Source: Malacoraja senta
Taxonomy: Eukaryota
Reading direction: 5' to 3'
Assembly (NCBI GenBank): GCA_038087875.1
Contig: CM075990.1
Location: forward strand, 6,264,001-6,324,000
Length of the DNA stretch: 60,000 nt
Made by a program: the position numbers and the translations under genes. Below, one piece after another: positions 13,024 to 25,304 of this stretch. Numbering within the stretch: the first letter of the stretch is position 1; each line of letters begins with the position of its first letter. Below the pieces are notes generated by a model that was not told the DNA's origin, ran no database searches, and was given only the letters and a program-made list of their open reading frames with translations.

Positions 13024-13330
13024 GTGGCGGCACGGTGGCACAGCGGTAGAGTCGCTGCCTTACAGCGCCAGAGTCCCGGGTTCGATCCTGACTAAGGGGG
13101 CTGTCTACATGGAGTTTGTACGTTCTCCCCGTAACCTGCCTGGGTTTTCTCCGGGATCTCCGGTTTCCTCCCACACTCCGAAGATGTACAGGTTTGTAGG
13201 TTAATTGGCTTGGTATAATCGTAAATTGTCCCTAGTGTGCGTAGGAAAGTGCTAGTGTGTGGGGATCACTGGTCGGCCCGGTCCCAGAGGGCCGAAGGGC
13301 CTGTTTCCATGCTGCATCTCTATACTAAAC
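13024..13330 (+). mobile_element. Full-length V-SINE (copy B about 23388-23694)
   Basis: ggcggcacggtggcacagcggtagag head with A/B boxes, V-domain, gggccgaagggcctgtttcc tail. Confidence 0.85.
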
Positions 13331-13743
13331 AGTCTAGTGCACGTCAGAGAGAGCATCTTGCCGGTGGTGCTTGCACCTTTCTGGATGGCAGGGATTGCTA
13401 ATTGGAGAGATGTTTCCAAAGAGGACTTGAAGTCACAGGAGTCCATCCCTTTGGAGATATGCTGGTAGTGGATGGTTAAGGCAATGGATGAGATATTGAT
13501 CAAGTTCCCCCTCTGGATTGGGATAGTTTCAAAGTTTTTGATATTTGTTGAAACATCTATGTCTGGTATGGAGTCTTGATGCTCTTGACTTATGCTTTGC
13601 TTGGAAAAGCTCTGCCACTTAAGAGGTAATGGTGGAATTGTCTACTTTGGTAGCCAGACCATTTATGTTGGTCTATGTACTGGTGGCCTTCAGGAAGTTG
13701 ATGCCAAGTTACATAGCAATGGGAGACCACTGAATGGTGGTGT

Positions 13744-14449
13744 TGTGGCGGCTCCCAAGGGTCGTGCCATCATAGTGTCAAACCCCTCGGCACAGGAGTG
13801 GTTCAGTCCGGAGGCGGCCCTTAGCCGGAGGCTTTAAAGGCAGGGGTTTTGGGTGCCATCTTCCTCTCGTTTGGTCTTCCCTAGAACTGGGAGGATATTA
13901 ATAAAAAGTGCTTCTCAAAACACGACTTCGTGCTTAATTCCGAGACCCACGCACTACATTGGTGACCCCCGACGCTCCATTGGCGTCATGATGGAGAGAA
14001 GACAAAGCCCTACCTCCTCACAGGCTGGCCCGGCCCGGCCCTGTCTCTGGACGCGGTCTCCGTAAAACTGCCCAACTTCTGGACCACCCGGCCGCTCATC
14101 TGGTTCCAGCAGGCGGAGGCCCAGTTCAACCTGCGGGGCATCACGGTCGATGCCACCCGCTTCTATTACCTGGTGGGAGCCCTCGACCAGGATGCGGTTG
14201 AAGAGGTAACGGACTTCCTCGCAGACCCCCCGAACGATGATAAATACCTCGGCCTGAAAGAGCTCCTGCTCCAGATTTACGGACTGAGTAGGATGGAGCG
14301 GGCAAGTAGGATCCTGCATATGGGGGGCCTGGGCGACCGACGGCCATCTACGCTCCTAAAGGAGATGGTGGCGTTACTAGACGGGCACACGCCGTGCCTG
14401 TTGTTCGAGTACACGACTTCGTGCTTAATTCCGAGACCCACGCACTACA
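13744..14449 (+). mobile_element. Internally deleted Gypsy LTR retrotransposon (CsRn1-like), present only in copy A
   Basis: TG...CA termini; 4-bp TSD gtgt; 5' LTR 13744-13958 with AATAAA at 13900; PBS tggtgacccccgacg (tRNA-Trp type); gag fragment VKLPNFWTTRPLIWFQQAEAQF; last 39 bp of the LTR repeated at 14411-14449. Confidence 0.9.
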
Positions 14450-15165
14450 GTGTCTTCTTTGGAAATGGTCAGTGTGTGTGATGTAACAGCTTGGGATTGA
14501 TGTTGGTGACCATACTAGAAGACGGCCTGGACTACTACTTTAGATGAGGCACGATGAAAGAGATTACTCGTCCCAATCAGTAAATGGGCAGAGAATTCTT
14601 GATTGTAATCACATACAGTCTTTCCGCTAGCTGGATAGCACGCAAACAAAAAAGATTTTGGCTGCACCTTGGTAATAAACTACACTAAAATATGTGTTCT
14701 GCTTCAACTTTATGATCTGCCTTGATCATAGCCAAAGAAACATGAAATCTGTAGCACTGAGAAAACCCTGTCATTTGGGAATGAATATTTAATGTTCTAG
14801 TTTGAGATAAACTATGTCCTAGTTAAAATGTTCCCAAGCATGCGGAGGAGAACAGAGATCTAAGCATCTTCAACATCTTGGTACGTTAGTTAGAACGCTG
14901 CAACTTCAAGCCCTCCTCCTAACATGGACCTTTTGTATGGAGGATTCTACATAAGTGTAATGCTGAGAAGGTATGATCACCCTGCCACCCTCCCAATGAG
15001 AAACTATCCCTGGAGGAAGGTGTTGCAGTACAAAGAAGGCTTGGGCGTTTGTACAATGTGCCGGTCTACAGTTATCCTTCGAGATCCTTCAACCGCATGT
15101 TACCTGGCCAACCCTTTCATTGCTGTGCAGAAGATGATTGCTCCATGTCCCAGCATTGTAAGAGT

Positions 15166-15303
15166 TTTCTTCTTGCGTATGGCGTGCACAGCCTAAAGTT
15201 GTAGGACAACTTGTTCTATTTGATCTTATTTGATTGTGCACGCCAGGTTGATTGCATTCGTCGAAACAGGGCGGACCACGTGAAGGTTGCAATCTCCCAC
15301 CCC
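15166..15303 (-). mobile_element. Short non-autonomous Ingi/Vingi-like retroelement with 5' HDV-like ribozyme (copy A)
   Basis: 11-bp TSD attgtaagagt (15155-15165, 15304-15314); 5' double-pseudoknot; 3' stem and ATACGCAAGAAGAAA tail. Confidence 0.75.
15250..15303 (-). ncRNA. Predicted minimal HDV-like self-cleaving ribozyme (54 nt)
   Basis: GGGGUGG-GA-GAUUGCA-ACC-UUCACGU-GGU-CCGCCCU-GUUUCGA-CGAA-UGCAAUC: P1, P2 and P3 all pair in HDV order; folded by eye. Confidence 0.72.
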
Positions 15304-15565
15304 ATTGTAAGAGTGAGAACAGCTGAACACACTTCATTGGAAGTGAAGGCCTTTCATAATATGGAAAGGGTACACAGAATTTTTTTCCCACCGTGGTAAA
15401 TACGAGAGGGCATAGCTTTAAAGTGAGAGGGACAAAGTTTAAATGGGATGTGCAGGACAAGTTTTTTTTTACACTGAGAGTCTTGGTTGCCTGGAGCTCG
15501 TGCTGCCAGGAATGATTACGATAATGATGTTTAAAATGTTTTTAGCTCAGCACATGGATATGCAG

Positions 15566-15765
15566 NNNNNNNNNNNNNNNNNNNNNNNNNNNNNNNNNNN
15601 NNNNNNNNNNNNNNNNNNNNNNNNNNNNNNNNNNNNNNNNNNNNNNNNNNNNNNNNNNNNNNNNNNNNNNNNNNNNNNNNNNNNNNNNNNNNNNNNNNNN
15701 NNNNNNNNNNNNNNNNNNNNNNNNNNNNNNNNNNNNNNNNNNNNNNNNNNNNNNNNNNNNNNNNN
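15566..15765. other. Assembly gap (200 N)
   Basis: Run of exactly 200 N. Confidence 0.99.
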
Positions 15766-16509
15766 CCGCAGGTTCGCTGCCCTTTGAATGCAGAACATAG
15801 TTTTAAGTTTATTATCGTCTGATTTACCAAGGTAGTGTGAAAAGCCTTTTTCTTTGTGCATACTATCCAATCCGATCAGATAACCCTATACAGAAATACA
15901 GTCATATCAAACCTAAGTACAAAACAGCAAAGTATAATATACAGAGTGCAGGTATAGTTCTCAGCATTGTAGCACATCAGTTCCATAGACAAAGTCCAAT
16001 GCCCACAATGGGATTGAGGTGAATCGGCTCAGAACCCTAGCTTAGAACTTTCTACTCCTTTCTTCCTACTAAATAGTCTGCACTTCATTGTGGGTCTTTG
16101 TGTTCCTCAATTCCAGATAACTTGGCCAAGAAAAAACATCTTTTTTAAAAAATCGTAATATCAACACTGAGCCTATTGTGAATTTTGTACTTTTCATTGA
16201 GGTAAATTTCATTCCCCCAAATTCCAAAGAATGCAGCCTCATTTACGCATGTGAAGACCTGGCATCTCAGGAGATCTTCTTACATTCCAGTTGTGGCAAG
16301 TATATTATTTTTGTCAGGTAGGAATATCAAATTAATACACGCTATGCCAGGTATTGTCCAGTCAGAGTTTTAGGTGATTGTCGTAGAGTCACACAGTGCA
16401 GAAATAGTTCCTTTGGCCCAACTTGTCCGTGCCGACCAGCGAGCCTGTCTGTAAATGCGAAGTCTGCTGCTGTCACACTATGGTAAATATGTTCTGATTT
16501 TCTTTCCAG

Positions 16510-16635
16510 AACAAGAGGATATTGACTTTGATGTTGAATATGAAACACATTTTGCTGCTGCTCATATTCGCTGGGCAACGCATGGTGTTCCTAATATAGT
16601 CAACGCTCACCCACAGAGGTCGGATAAGGACAATG
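16510..16635 (+). CDS. GFPT1: GFPT exon 4 equivalent, duplicate copy B
   Basis: Same sequence as 6180-6305, in the duplicated block after the N gap. Confidence 0.85.
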
Positions 16636-17090
16636 GTGAGTGTGCGTGCCCCCCCACCATTTCAACGGACAACCATTCACTTGCACCTCGGAGGCAGTTA
16701 CTCTGCCGCTGTGTCGCCTGTACGTGCTAAAGGATGCACTGAAGCTTGGTCCAGTGAACCAGTCCTTCCCCCACTGGACACTGAAGGACTGGTTCACGCA
16801 TAACAACCCGCAAACACTCGCAGGGTTTATTGTTCAAGGAGGTCACGTGAGTGGCATTGGTGCATTGTACACAGGATGTATTAACTGATGCCACTATCAA
16901 TGTGTGGGCTTGAGGCATTGAACGTAAAGAATGCCAGGCTCTGTCGTATTTCCTGAATCTAATTTTTACAACTTTTATATATATAATATATATAATTTTT
17001 ATACATTTAAAATATATATAATATATATATAAAATCTAATTTTTATAACTTTTATATATATATATATATGTTGTAAAAATTAGATTTTTA

Positions 17091-17131
<41 letters not shown>

Positions 17132-17286
17132 AAAATTATAAAAATTATAACTTCTAATCAAGGACATGAACATTTACTGATATAAGTCTTAATAATTTGA
17201 CGCTGACCGTAGACTAAGACCGTACTTAATATATTGTGCTTTTCTTGTCTCTTCCTTGCAGTGATGTTTCTGTTTTTAATCTGCAG

Positions 17287-17345
17287 AGTTCATCGTTATT
17301 CATAATGGCATCATTACCAACCACAAGAATCTGCGGAAGTTCCTG
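17287..17345 (+). CDS. GFPT1: GFPT exon 5 equivalent, duplicate copy B
   Basis: Same sequence as 6956-7014. Confidence 0.85.
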
Positions 17346-18017
17346 GTAAGCCCTCAATAACCAAGTATTGACTTTCAAAGCATCCTTACCATGTGAAACA
17401 TAGTTATTCCCTCATCTGGAAGTTATCTGGTGGCACTGTGGTGTAGCGGTAGAGTTGCTGCCTTACAGCTCTTGCAGCGCCGGAGGCCCGGGCGCTGTCT
17501 GTACGGAGTTTGCACATTCTCCCTGTGACCGCGTGGGTTTTCTCCGAAATCTCCGGTTTCCTCCCACACTCCAAAGACATGCAGGTATGTAGGCTAATTG
17601 GCTTGGCTTTTATGTAAATTGCCCCCAGTGTGTAAAAGTTTTTGTTTGTGGTTTGATGCTAATTGCCACAAGTTTAAATTTTGATGAACACAGTTGTTCT
17701 CCAATTCTGCTCGTCCTCTGCCCCCCTTCCAGTTGCCTTTTATGCTTGTGCCTGACCTTTTAACTGCCTTGATATTCCTCCAGAACCCCTGCTTATAATG
17801 TTCTGTCTCCCTTTTTAAAAAGCCTCAGCCAAACTTGCTGATGCCCTTTCACCTTCCCCCGGCGCACTCTCATTTCACTGAACCCTTTCATGTGACAACA
17901 TGGAGGCCTTCACAAGAGGCCTTCACTCAGTTGCTGGTGTTGGAGGCCTTCACTCAGTTGCTGGTGTCATTGGACGTGACTCTTTCGTGCAATTGTTTTT
18001 TCTCTCTCTCCCTTCAG

Positions 18018-18152
18018 GAAAGCCAAGGCTACGGGTTTGAGTCAGAGACCGATACCGAGTCTATTGCCAAGCTGATCAAATACGTCTACGACAACAGTGA
18101 GAATGAGGAGATCAGCTTTGCCACTTTGGTGGAGAGAGTTATCCAGCAACTG
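18018..18152 (+). CDS. GFPT1: GFPT exon 6 equivalent, duplicate copy B
   Basis: Same sequence as 7686-7820. Confidence 0.85.
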
Positions 18153-19760
18153 GTGAGTGAGAATTGCAGAGTTTGTACCCACCTTGAGTTTTTTTGTTAA
18201 AATGTGTGCCTGTAATATTTTCATTATTGATGACGACATTGAAGGAGGCCATTCAGGCCACAGAGTCTACGGCAGCTCTCGGTGCAATCCCATGAGTCTT
18301 ATTTATTTCACTGTGACCTGATCTATAATAATAATAATAATAGATTTTATTTATATAGCGCTTTTCAGGACTCAAAGTCACTTGCCTATCAGCTCCTTCC
18401 AATTCTCTTAAGCTTCCCCCCCCCCCCCTCGCCTTCCCCCACATACACGAGAACTAGTCTGAAGAAGGTTCCCAACCCGAAACGCCACCCATCCATTTCC
18501 TCCAGAGATGCTGCCTGACCCGCAGAGTTGTGTGCTATGTCTATCTTTGGTATAAACCAACATCTGCAGTTCCTTTCCACACTAGGGGCAGTTGACAGAG
18601 ATCTCTTAACTTATTCTCTACCTATCAGTTCTGCCTAGTTGTCTTGCCCTCCACATGCCCTGCACGTTGTCAGTGGGCAGAGAACAAGGTTCTCCCTGTG
18701 ATGATGTGGACTTCCCTCAGGGGTTCTGGTTTCCTCCCATACACAATAGGTGCACGCGTAGGCCATTTGGCCCTTCAAGCCAGCACCGCCATTCAATGTG
18801 ATCATGGCTGATAATCCCCAATCAGTACCCCGTTCCTGCCTTCTCCCCATATCCCTTGACTCCGCTATCTTTAAGAGCCCTATCTAACTGCGACACCTAC
18901 GGCATGTAGGTATGTGAATTGACCACTGGACGTTGTATCCAAAGTAACCGCTTGGTGGAATCTGGAGCGAGTTAATGGGAATTAGGGGAATATAAAAATG
19001 ATGTTGGTGTAAATGGGTGGTTGATGGTTAGCTGGGACTCTGTTGGCAGAAAGGCCTGTTTCTATGGTGTGCGACTCTGAGATTCTGTCGGGTGAGTAAC
19101 CTCTGTGATGACAATGACATTGCCACTGGCCAAAGATCCAAACTAGTTTGGTCTGGGCTTGTTTTAATTACAGTAGAGAGCAGTGTCAGTCATCAGTGCA
19201 CTGAAGCAGAGATAGACACAAAATGCTGGAGCAACTCAGTGGGGCAGGCAGCATCTCTGGAGAGAAGGAATGGGTGACCTTTCGGGTCGAGACCCTTCTT
19301 CAGACGAGTTCTAGTGTAGGAGGGGGGAAGCGTAAGAGAATTGGAAGGAGCAGAGATCAAGTCATTGCACTGATTCAGTGCACGGAAGCATCTGTCTAAG
19401 CTTGTGCGAGAGCTGACAACGGGTTCATTCCTCCCTTGGAACGGGCTGCTTAGCTTAGGTGCTGTTTGTAAACCGCTTTCAAAGCAAAATTCAGTCTGAA
19501 GAAGGGTCTCGACCCAAAACGCCGCCTATTCCTTCTCTCCATAGATGCTGCCTCACCAGCTGAGTTTCTCCAGCATTTTTGTCAACCTTCGATTTTTTTC
19601 AGCATCTGCAGTTCTTTCTTAATCAAAGCAAAATTCAGTGCCTTTCAGCTGCCCATGCAATTGAACCACACTAGTTGCTCAATAAAGTTGAGAGCGTGTT
19701 TTCAGATTTTAGCTTGGAAATGCATTGCATTCTTCATTGACGACTGTGCTTGTTTTACAG

Positions 19761-19822
19761 GAAGGTGCCTTTGCCTTGGTGTTCAAGAGTGTCCACTTCC
19801 CAGGACAAGCCGTCTGCACCAG
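19761..19822 (+). CDS. GFPT1: GFPT exon 7 equivalent, duplicate copy B
   Basis: Same sequence as 9415-9476. Confidence 0.85.
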
Positions 19823-22800
19823 GTAAAGCACCACAGTTCTGGACCTTAGGGGGAGGTTTTCATGCATTTTATACACAGTTTATCAAATACAGCTAACCTA
19901 GCCTCAGTACTGGAAAGTCGAAGATTGACACAAAAAGCTGGAGCAACTAAGCTGAACAGGCAGCATCTCTGGAGAGAAGGGGTGACGTTTCGTGTCGAGA
20001 CCCTTCTTCAGACTGGTTAGGGATAAGGGAAAAGGGAGATATAGACGGTGATGTGGAGAGATAAAGAACAATGAATGAAAGATATGCAAAAACGTTACGA
20101 TGATAAAGGAAACAGAACATTGTTAGCTGTTTGTTGGGTGAAAACGAGCTGGTGCAACTTGGTGGGGGAGGGATGGAGAGAGAGAGAGAATGCCAGGGCG
20201 ACCTGAAGTTAGAGAAATCAATATTCACGTCTGAAGAAGGGTCTCGACCTGAAACATCACCCTTTCCTTCTCTCCAGAGATGCTGCCAGTCCTGCTGAGT
20301 TACTCCAGCTTTTTATGTCTATCATCAATATTCATACCCGAGTTTGGTCTGGGCTTGTTTTGGGCCCGAGCTAAATTTGAGATGCTCTTCCTCCAGTTTG
20401 CATTTAACCTCACTCTGACAATGGAGAAGACCTAGGACAGAAAGGTCTGTGTGAGAATGGGAAGGAGAATTAAAGTGTTTAGCAACCGGGAGATCAAAAA
20501 GTCCTTTGTCATTGGAGGAGTTTGCATATCAGCAGTGGAATGGAACCTGTGAGGTGTGTCAGTGAGCTGTGTTCTACGGAACAGTGAGGAAGGCACTGTC
20601 CTGGCAGAGACTAGACCGGGGTGGGGAACCTTTTCATGTTGGAATGCCGCATTAAGTTAGCTGTAATCTAACAAGGCCGCATCCAAGAAACTTCAATTAG
20701 ATATACTTCAAAATGTACATTATTTTGTAAAAATCTAACTACTAAGTACTAACTTCAAGAAAATGAAAAATAAATTGTTAATTTTAAAGTTAACTAACCT
20801 TTTAATAACTTTGTTGTGACTGCTTATTGTGGGAGGTTAACGTACATTCTAGAGTCACATTAGAACTAAATCATGAGCATAACAGGTGTTAAAATAGCCC
20901 TCATGACTTACTAATGTTTTAATTGTGGCCATCAGTCGGGGAGGATTATTTCATTGAATCTTCTCTTACACTTTGGTATTTTAAATACATTCATTTTGAG
21001 ATTAAAATAAAAATAATAAAAGACGAACAAAAACATATTAATAAAATAAAAATAAAAGGATTTGTTCTGCAAAATTTGGATTCATTCAAAAGGCTGGACT
21101 TAATGGCCTATAAGGCCGCATGCAGCCTTAAGGCCGCAGGTTCCCCACCACTGGACTAGATTGTCCTCTCCCGCTTCCACTGTGTCCCAGACTGGTTCGG
21201 TCTGCTTCTTCTATCCTCATCCATGCCCTTGAACCTCTGGGATGAAGGGTCCCAATTCTCTGGTGGTCAGCCTTACTTAACCTTCAGCTTATCCAAAGCT
21301 CCCCTTACAACTCCCATTCCTGCCAACTCCCATTCACTGTTCTGCACTGCCTCCCAGTCTGGAAGCATGCCCTATTTTGTAACAATGTCAGCTTTTGTGT
21401 TCAAGTTCCTCCATCCCCTTTCCACACAGTATCACCATCACTTTCTCAATCATACCACCCGCCCTCCACCTCTATTTCCCTCTCCACCCTAAATATTGAA
21501 AGTGGGGCTTTGGGGAGAAGGCAGGAGAATGGGGTTGGGAGAGATAGATCAGCCACGATTGAATGGCAGAGTAGACTTGATGGGCCGAATGGCCTAAATC
21601 TGCTCATATCACTCATAACTCATGGAGGCATTTCAGCTTTGGAGTCGCCTGACCTTGTGCTCGATTAAAGCTGCTCCACTCAGCCTGCATCTCCTCCCCC
21701 CCCCCCCCCCCCCCCACCTCCAAAATAGGGCTGTCCTTAAACGTAAAGGTCATGCAGTGAAAAGAAGGGTTAATTTGGCACAACACAACAAAATCAAACC
21801 ACCCCATTACCGCAGGTGACCATGGTACAAGCTTGTTGGAGGTAGTCCGTCTGATGTCAGTGGGAGTTTGGGTAAGTTTTATGGTCAGTGGGATCACAGA
21901 TTCAAGAACCATTCACGTTCCCAGGTGGGGAAGTCAGAAGAATGGAAGTTTGAGCTGTACAATGCTTCCATCTGCACGGCTGCTTGCAGCTTATAGTCAT
22001 AGAGTCATATTGCGTGGAAACAGGCCCTTTGGCCCAACTTGCCCACACCAGCCAACATGTCCCAGCTATACTAGCCCCACCTGTTCCACTATTTCCTTTA
22101 GGTAGGAGATGAGGACACATTTCTTTAGTCAGAGGGTGGTGAATCTGTGGAATTCCTTGCGACAGAAGGTTGCAGAGGTCAAATCAGTGGATATTTTTAA
22201 GGCATAGATAGATTGATTTTTGAATAGTACAGGTGTCAGAGGTTATGGGGAGAATGGGGTTAGAAGGGAGAGATAGATCAGCCATGATTGAATGGTGGAG
22301 TAAACTTGATGGGCCGAATGGCCTAATTCTACTCCTATCACTTACGACCTTCCTGCGTTTGGCTCATATCCCTCTAAACCTGTACTACCCATGTACCAAT
22401 CTTAACTGTTTCTTAAAAGTTGCGATAGTCCCTGCCTCAACTACCTCTTCTGACAGCACGTTCCACACACCCAGCAGCCTTTGTATGAAGACATTACCCC
22501 ACAGATTCCTTTAAATCTTTTCCCATTCACCTTAAACCTATGTCCTCTTGTCCTCGATTCCCCCTACTCTGGGCAAGAGACTCTGTGTATCTACCCGATC
22601 TATTTCTCCCATGATTTTATATACATCTTCTACAAGGATGTATTTAAACAGACTGACAGGAATGTCAGGAATGTATTCACAAAGGCTGTGGGGTGGCAGC
22701 CTTGTGCTTTCAGGCTTCAGGACATGTTACTTACAGTACAAATCTGTAGGAAAGTCGAATGGAAAGATTGACTCAATGATGGCCATTCTTGGCAAAATGT

Positions 22801-24819
22801 ATACGTCTGTTGGCAAATCCACAGGAATTTTTAGCACAGTTGCCACCTACGTATCTGACAAAACCAGCTGCACTCTGCTTACACTGTGGTCGATGTGTAT
22901 GTTTATACGGTGTGGCAGTGGGCAAGATAAACTAATCCCCAAAACCAACTCCACTGAAACCTGCAAGCTTTGCTCAATGGAGCTTAAGAGTAATATGGCC
23001 ATTGACAGGAAACAGTTGAGTTATTTTTATGATTTTGACCAGCCTTCAATATAAACCTTTCAGCAATCTGAAGTTCTCTGTCCTTCCAAGTTGCATAACT
23101 TAACTCTCTTTTTAAACACCAAAGGTGATCCAAAGATTTTGCTTTTATGCTGTTAATTCTAGTTACTACTTAAGAAATGCACTTTTTTTTTTGAGAAGAT
23201 GATTGTTCCTGGGACGTGGAGATGAATGGAGAGACAAGTATGGTCTTGTCTTTCAAAAGATGGTGGTGAATCTCCTTGAACATCTGCAGCCCATGTGGTG
23301 TCTGAACTCCCACAGAGCTAGTAGGTTGGGGAGCTGCATGATTTTGACCCGTGATGAGCCAGGAATGGTGGATATATGTCCAAGCAAGTGGCGGCACGGT
23401 GGCACAGCGGTAGAGTCGCTGCCTTACAGCGCCAGAGTCCCGGGTTCGATCCTGACTAAGGGGGCTGTCTACACGGAGTTTGTACGTTCTCCCCGTAACC
23501 TGCCTGGGTTTTCTCCGGGATCTCCGGTTTCCTCCCACACTCCGAAGATGTACAGGTTTGTAGGTTAATTGGCTTGGTATAATCGTAAATTGTCCCAAGT
23601 GTGCGTAGGAAAGTGCTAGTGTGTGGGGATCACTGGTCGGCCCGGACCCAGAGGGCCGAAGGGCCTGTTTCCATGCTGCATCTCTATACTAAACAGTCTA
23701 GTGCACGTCAGAGAGAGCATCTTGCCAGTGGTGCTTGCACCTTTCTGGATGGCAGGGATTGCTAATTGGAGAGATGTTTCTAAAGAGGACTTGAAGTCAC
23801 AGGAGTCCATCCCTTTGGAGATATGCTGGTAGTGGATGGTTAAGGCAATGGATGAGATATTGATCAAGTTCCCCCTCTGGATTGGGATAGTTTCAAAGTT
23901 TTTGATATTTGTTGAAACATCTATGTCTGGTATGGAGTCTTGATGCTCTTGACTTATGCTTTGCTTGGAAAAGCTCTGCCACTTAAGAGGTAATGGTGGA
24001 ATTGCCTACTCTGGTAGCCAGACCATTTATGTTGGTCTATTTACTGGTGGCCTTCAGGATGTTGATGCCAAGTTACATAGCAATGGGAGACCACTGAATG
24101 GTGGTGTCTTCTTTGGAAATGGTCAGTGTGTGTGATGTAACAGCTTGGGATTGATGTTGGTGACCATACTAGAAGATGGACTGGACTACTACTTTAGATG
24201 AGGCACGATGAAAGAGATTACTCGTCCCAATCAGTAAATGGGCAGAGAATTCTTGATTGTAATCACGTGCAGTCTTTCCGCTAGCTGGATAGCACCCAAA
24301 CAAAAAAGATTTTGGCTGCACCTTGGTAATAAACTACACTAAAATATGTGTTCTGCTGCAACTTTATGATCTGCCTTGATCATAGCCAAAGAAACATGAA
24401 ATCTGTAGCACTGAGAAAACCCTGTCATTTGGGAATGAATATTTAATGTTCTAGTTTGAGATAAACTATGTCCTAGTTAAAATGTTCCCAAGCATGCGGA
24501 GGAGAACAGAGATCTAAGCATCTTCAACATCTTGGTACGTTAGTTAGAACGCTGCAACTTCAAGCCCTCCTCCTAACATGGACCTTTTGTATGGAGGATT
24601 CTACATAAGTGTAATGCTGAGAAGGTATGATCACCCTGCCACCCTCCCAATGAGAAACTATCCCTGGAGGAAGGTGTTGCAGTACAAAGAAGGCTTGGGC
24701 GTTTGTACAATGTGCCGGTCTACAGTTATCCTTCGAGATCCTTCAACCGCATGTTACCTGGCCAACCCTTTCATTGCTGTGCAGAAGATGATTGCTCCAT
24801 GTCCCAGCATTGTAAGAGT

Positions 24820-24957
24820 TTTCTTCTTGCGTATGGCGTGCACAGCCTAAAGTTGTAGGACAACTTGTTCTATTTGATCTTATTTGATTGTGCACGCCGG
24901 GTTGATTGCATTCGTCGAAACAGGGCGGACCACGTGAAGGTTGCAATCTCCCACCCC
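24820..24957 (-). mobile_element. Same Ingi/Vingi-like short element in copy B (ribozyme 24904-24957)
   Basis: Ribozyme sequence and TSD the same as in copy A. Confidence 0.75.
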
Positions 24958-25304
24958 ATTGTAAGAGTGAGAACAGCTGAACACACTTCATTGGATGTGA
25001 AGGCCTTTCATAATATGGAAAGGGTACACAGAATGTTTTTCCCACCGTGGTAAATACGAGAGGGCATAGCTTTAAAGTGAGAGGGACAAAGTTTAAATGG
25101 GATGTGCAGGACAAGTTTTTTTTACACTGAGAGTCTTGGTTGCCTGGAGCTCGTGCTGCCAGGAATGATTACGATAATGATGTTTAAAATGTTTTTAGCT
25201 CAGCACATGGATATGCAGGGATCGAGAAATATGAATCATGTGCAGGCAGATGAGATTAGTCTATCTTGATATCATGTTTGTCACAGGCATTGTGGGCTGT
25301 AGGG

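Larger units (their letters stand above)
5436..25218 (+). repeat. Direct duplication: copy A 5436-15565, copy B 15766-25218, separated by N gap
   Basis: Copy B starts at the first base after the gap (ccgcaggttcgctgc = 5436). Copy A ends at the last base before the gap (ggatatgcag = 25218). The copies are collinear and near-identical. Confidence 0.97.

Noticed and set aside
13024..13100. tRNA gene
   Set aside because: The A/B-box sequence is the head of a V-SINE and continues into the V-domain and LINE-derived tail.
13340..15120. Protein-coding exon(s) around the LTR insertion
   Set aside because: No sustained frame or recognisable motif; probably an old degraded LINE that I cannot classify.
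5436..25218. Genuine tandem exon duplication or mutually exclusive exon cassette in GFPT
   Set aside because: Boundaries coincide exactly with an assembly gap, exons are identical and the serial phase is incompatible. A haplotype artefact is far more likely.
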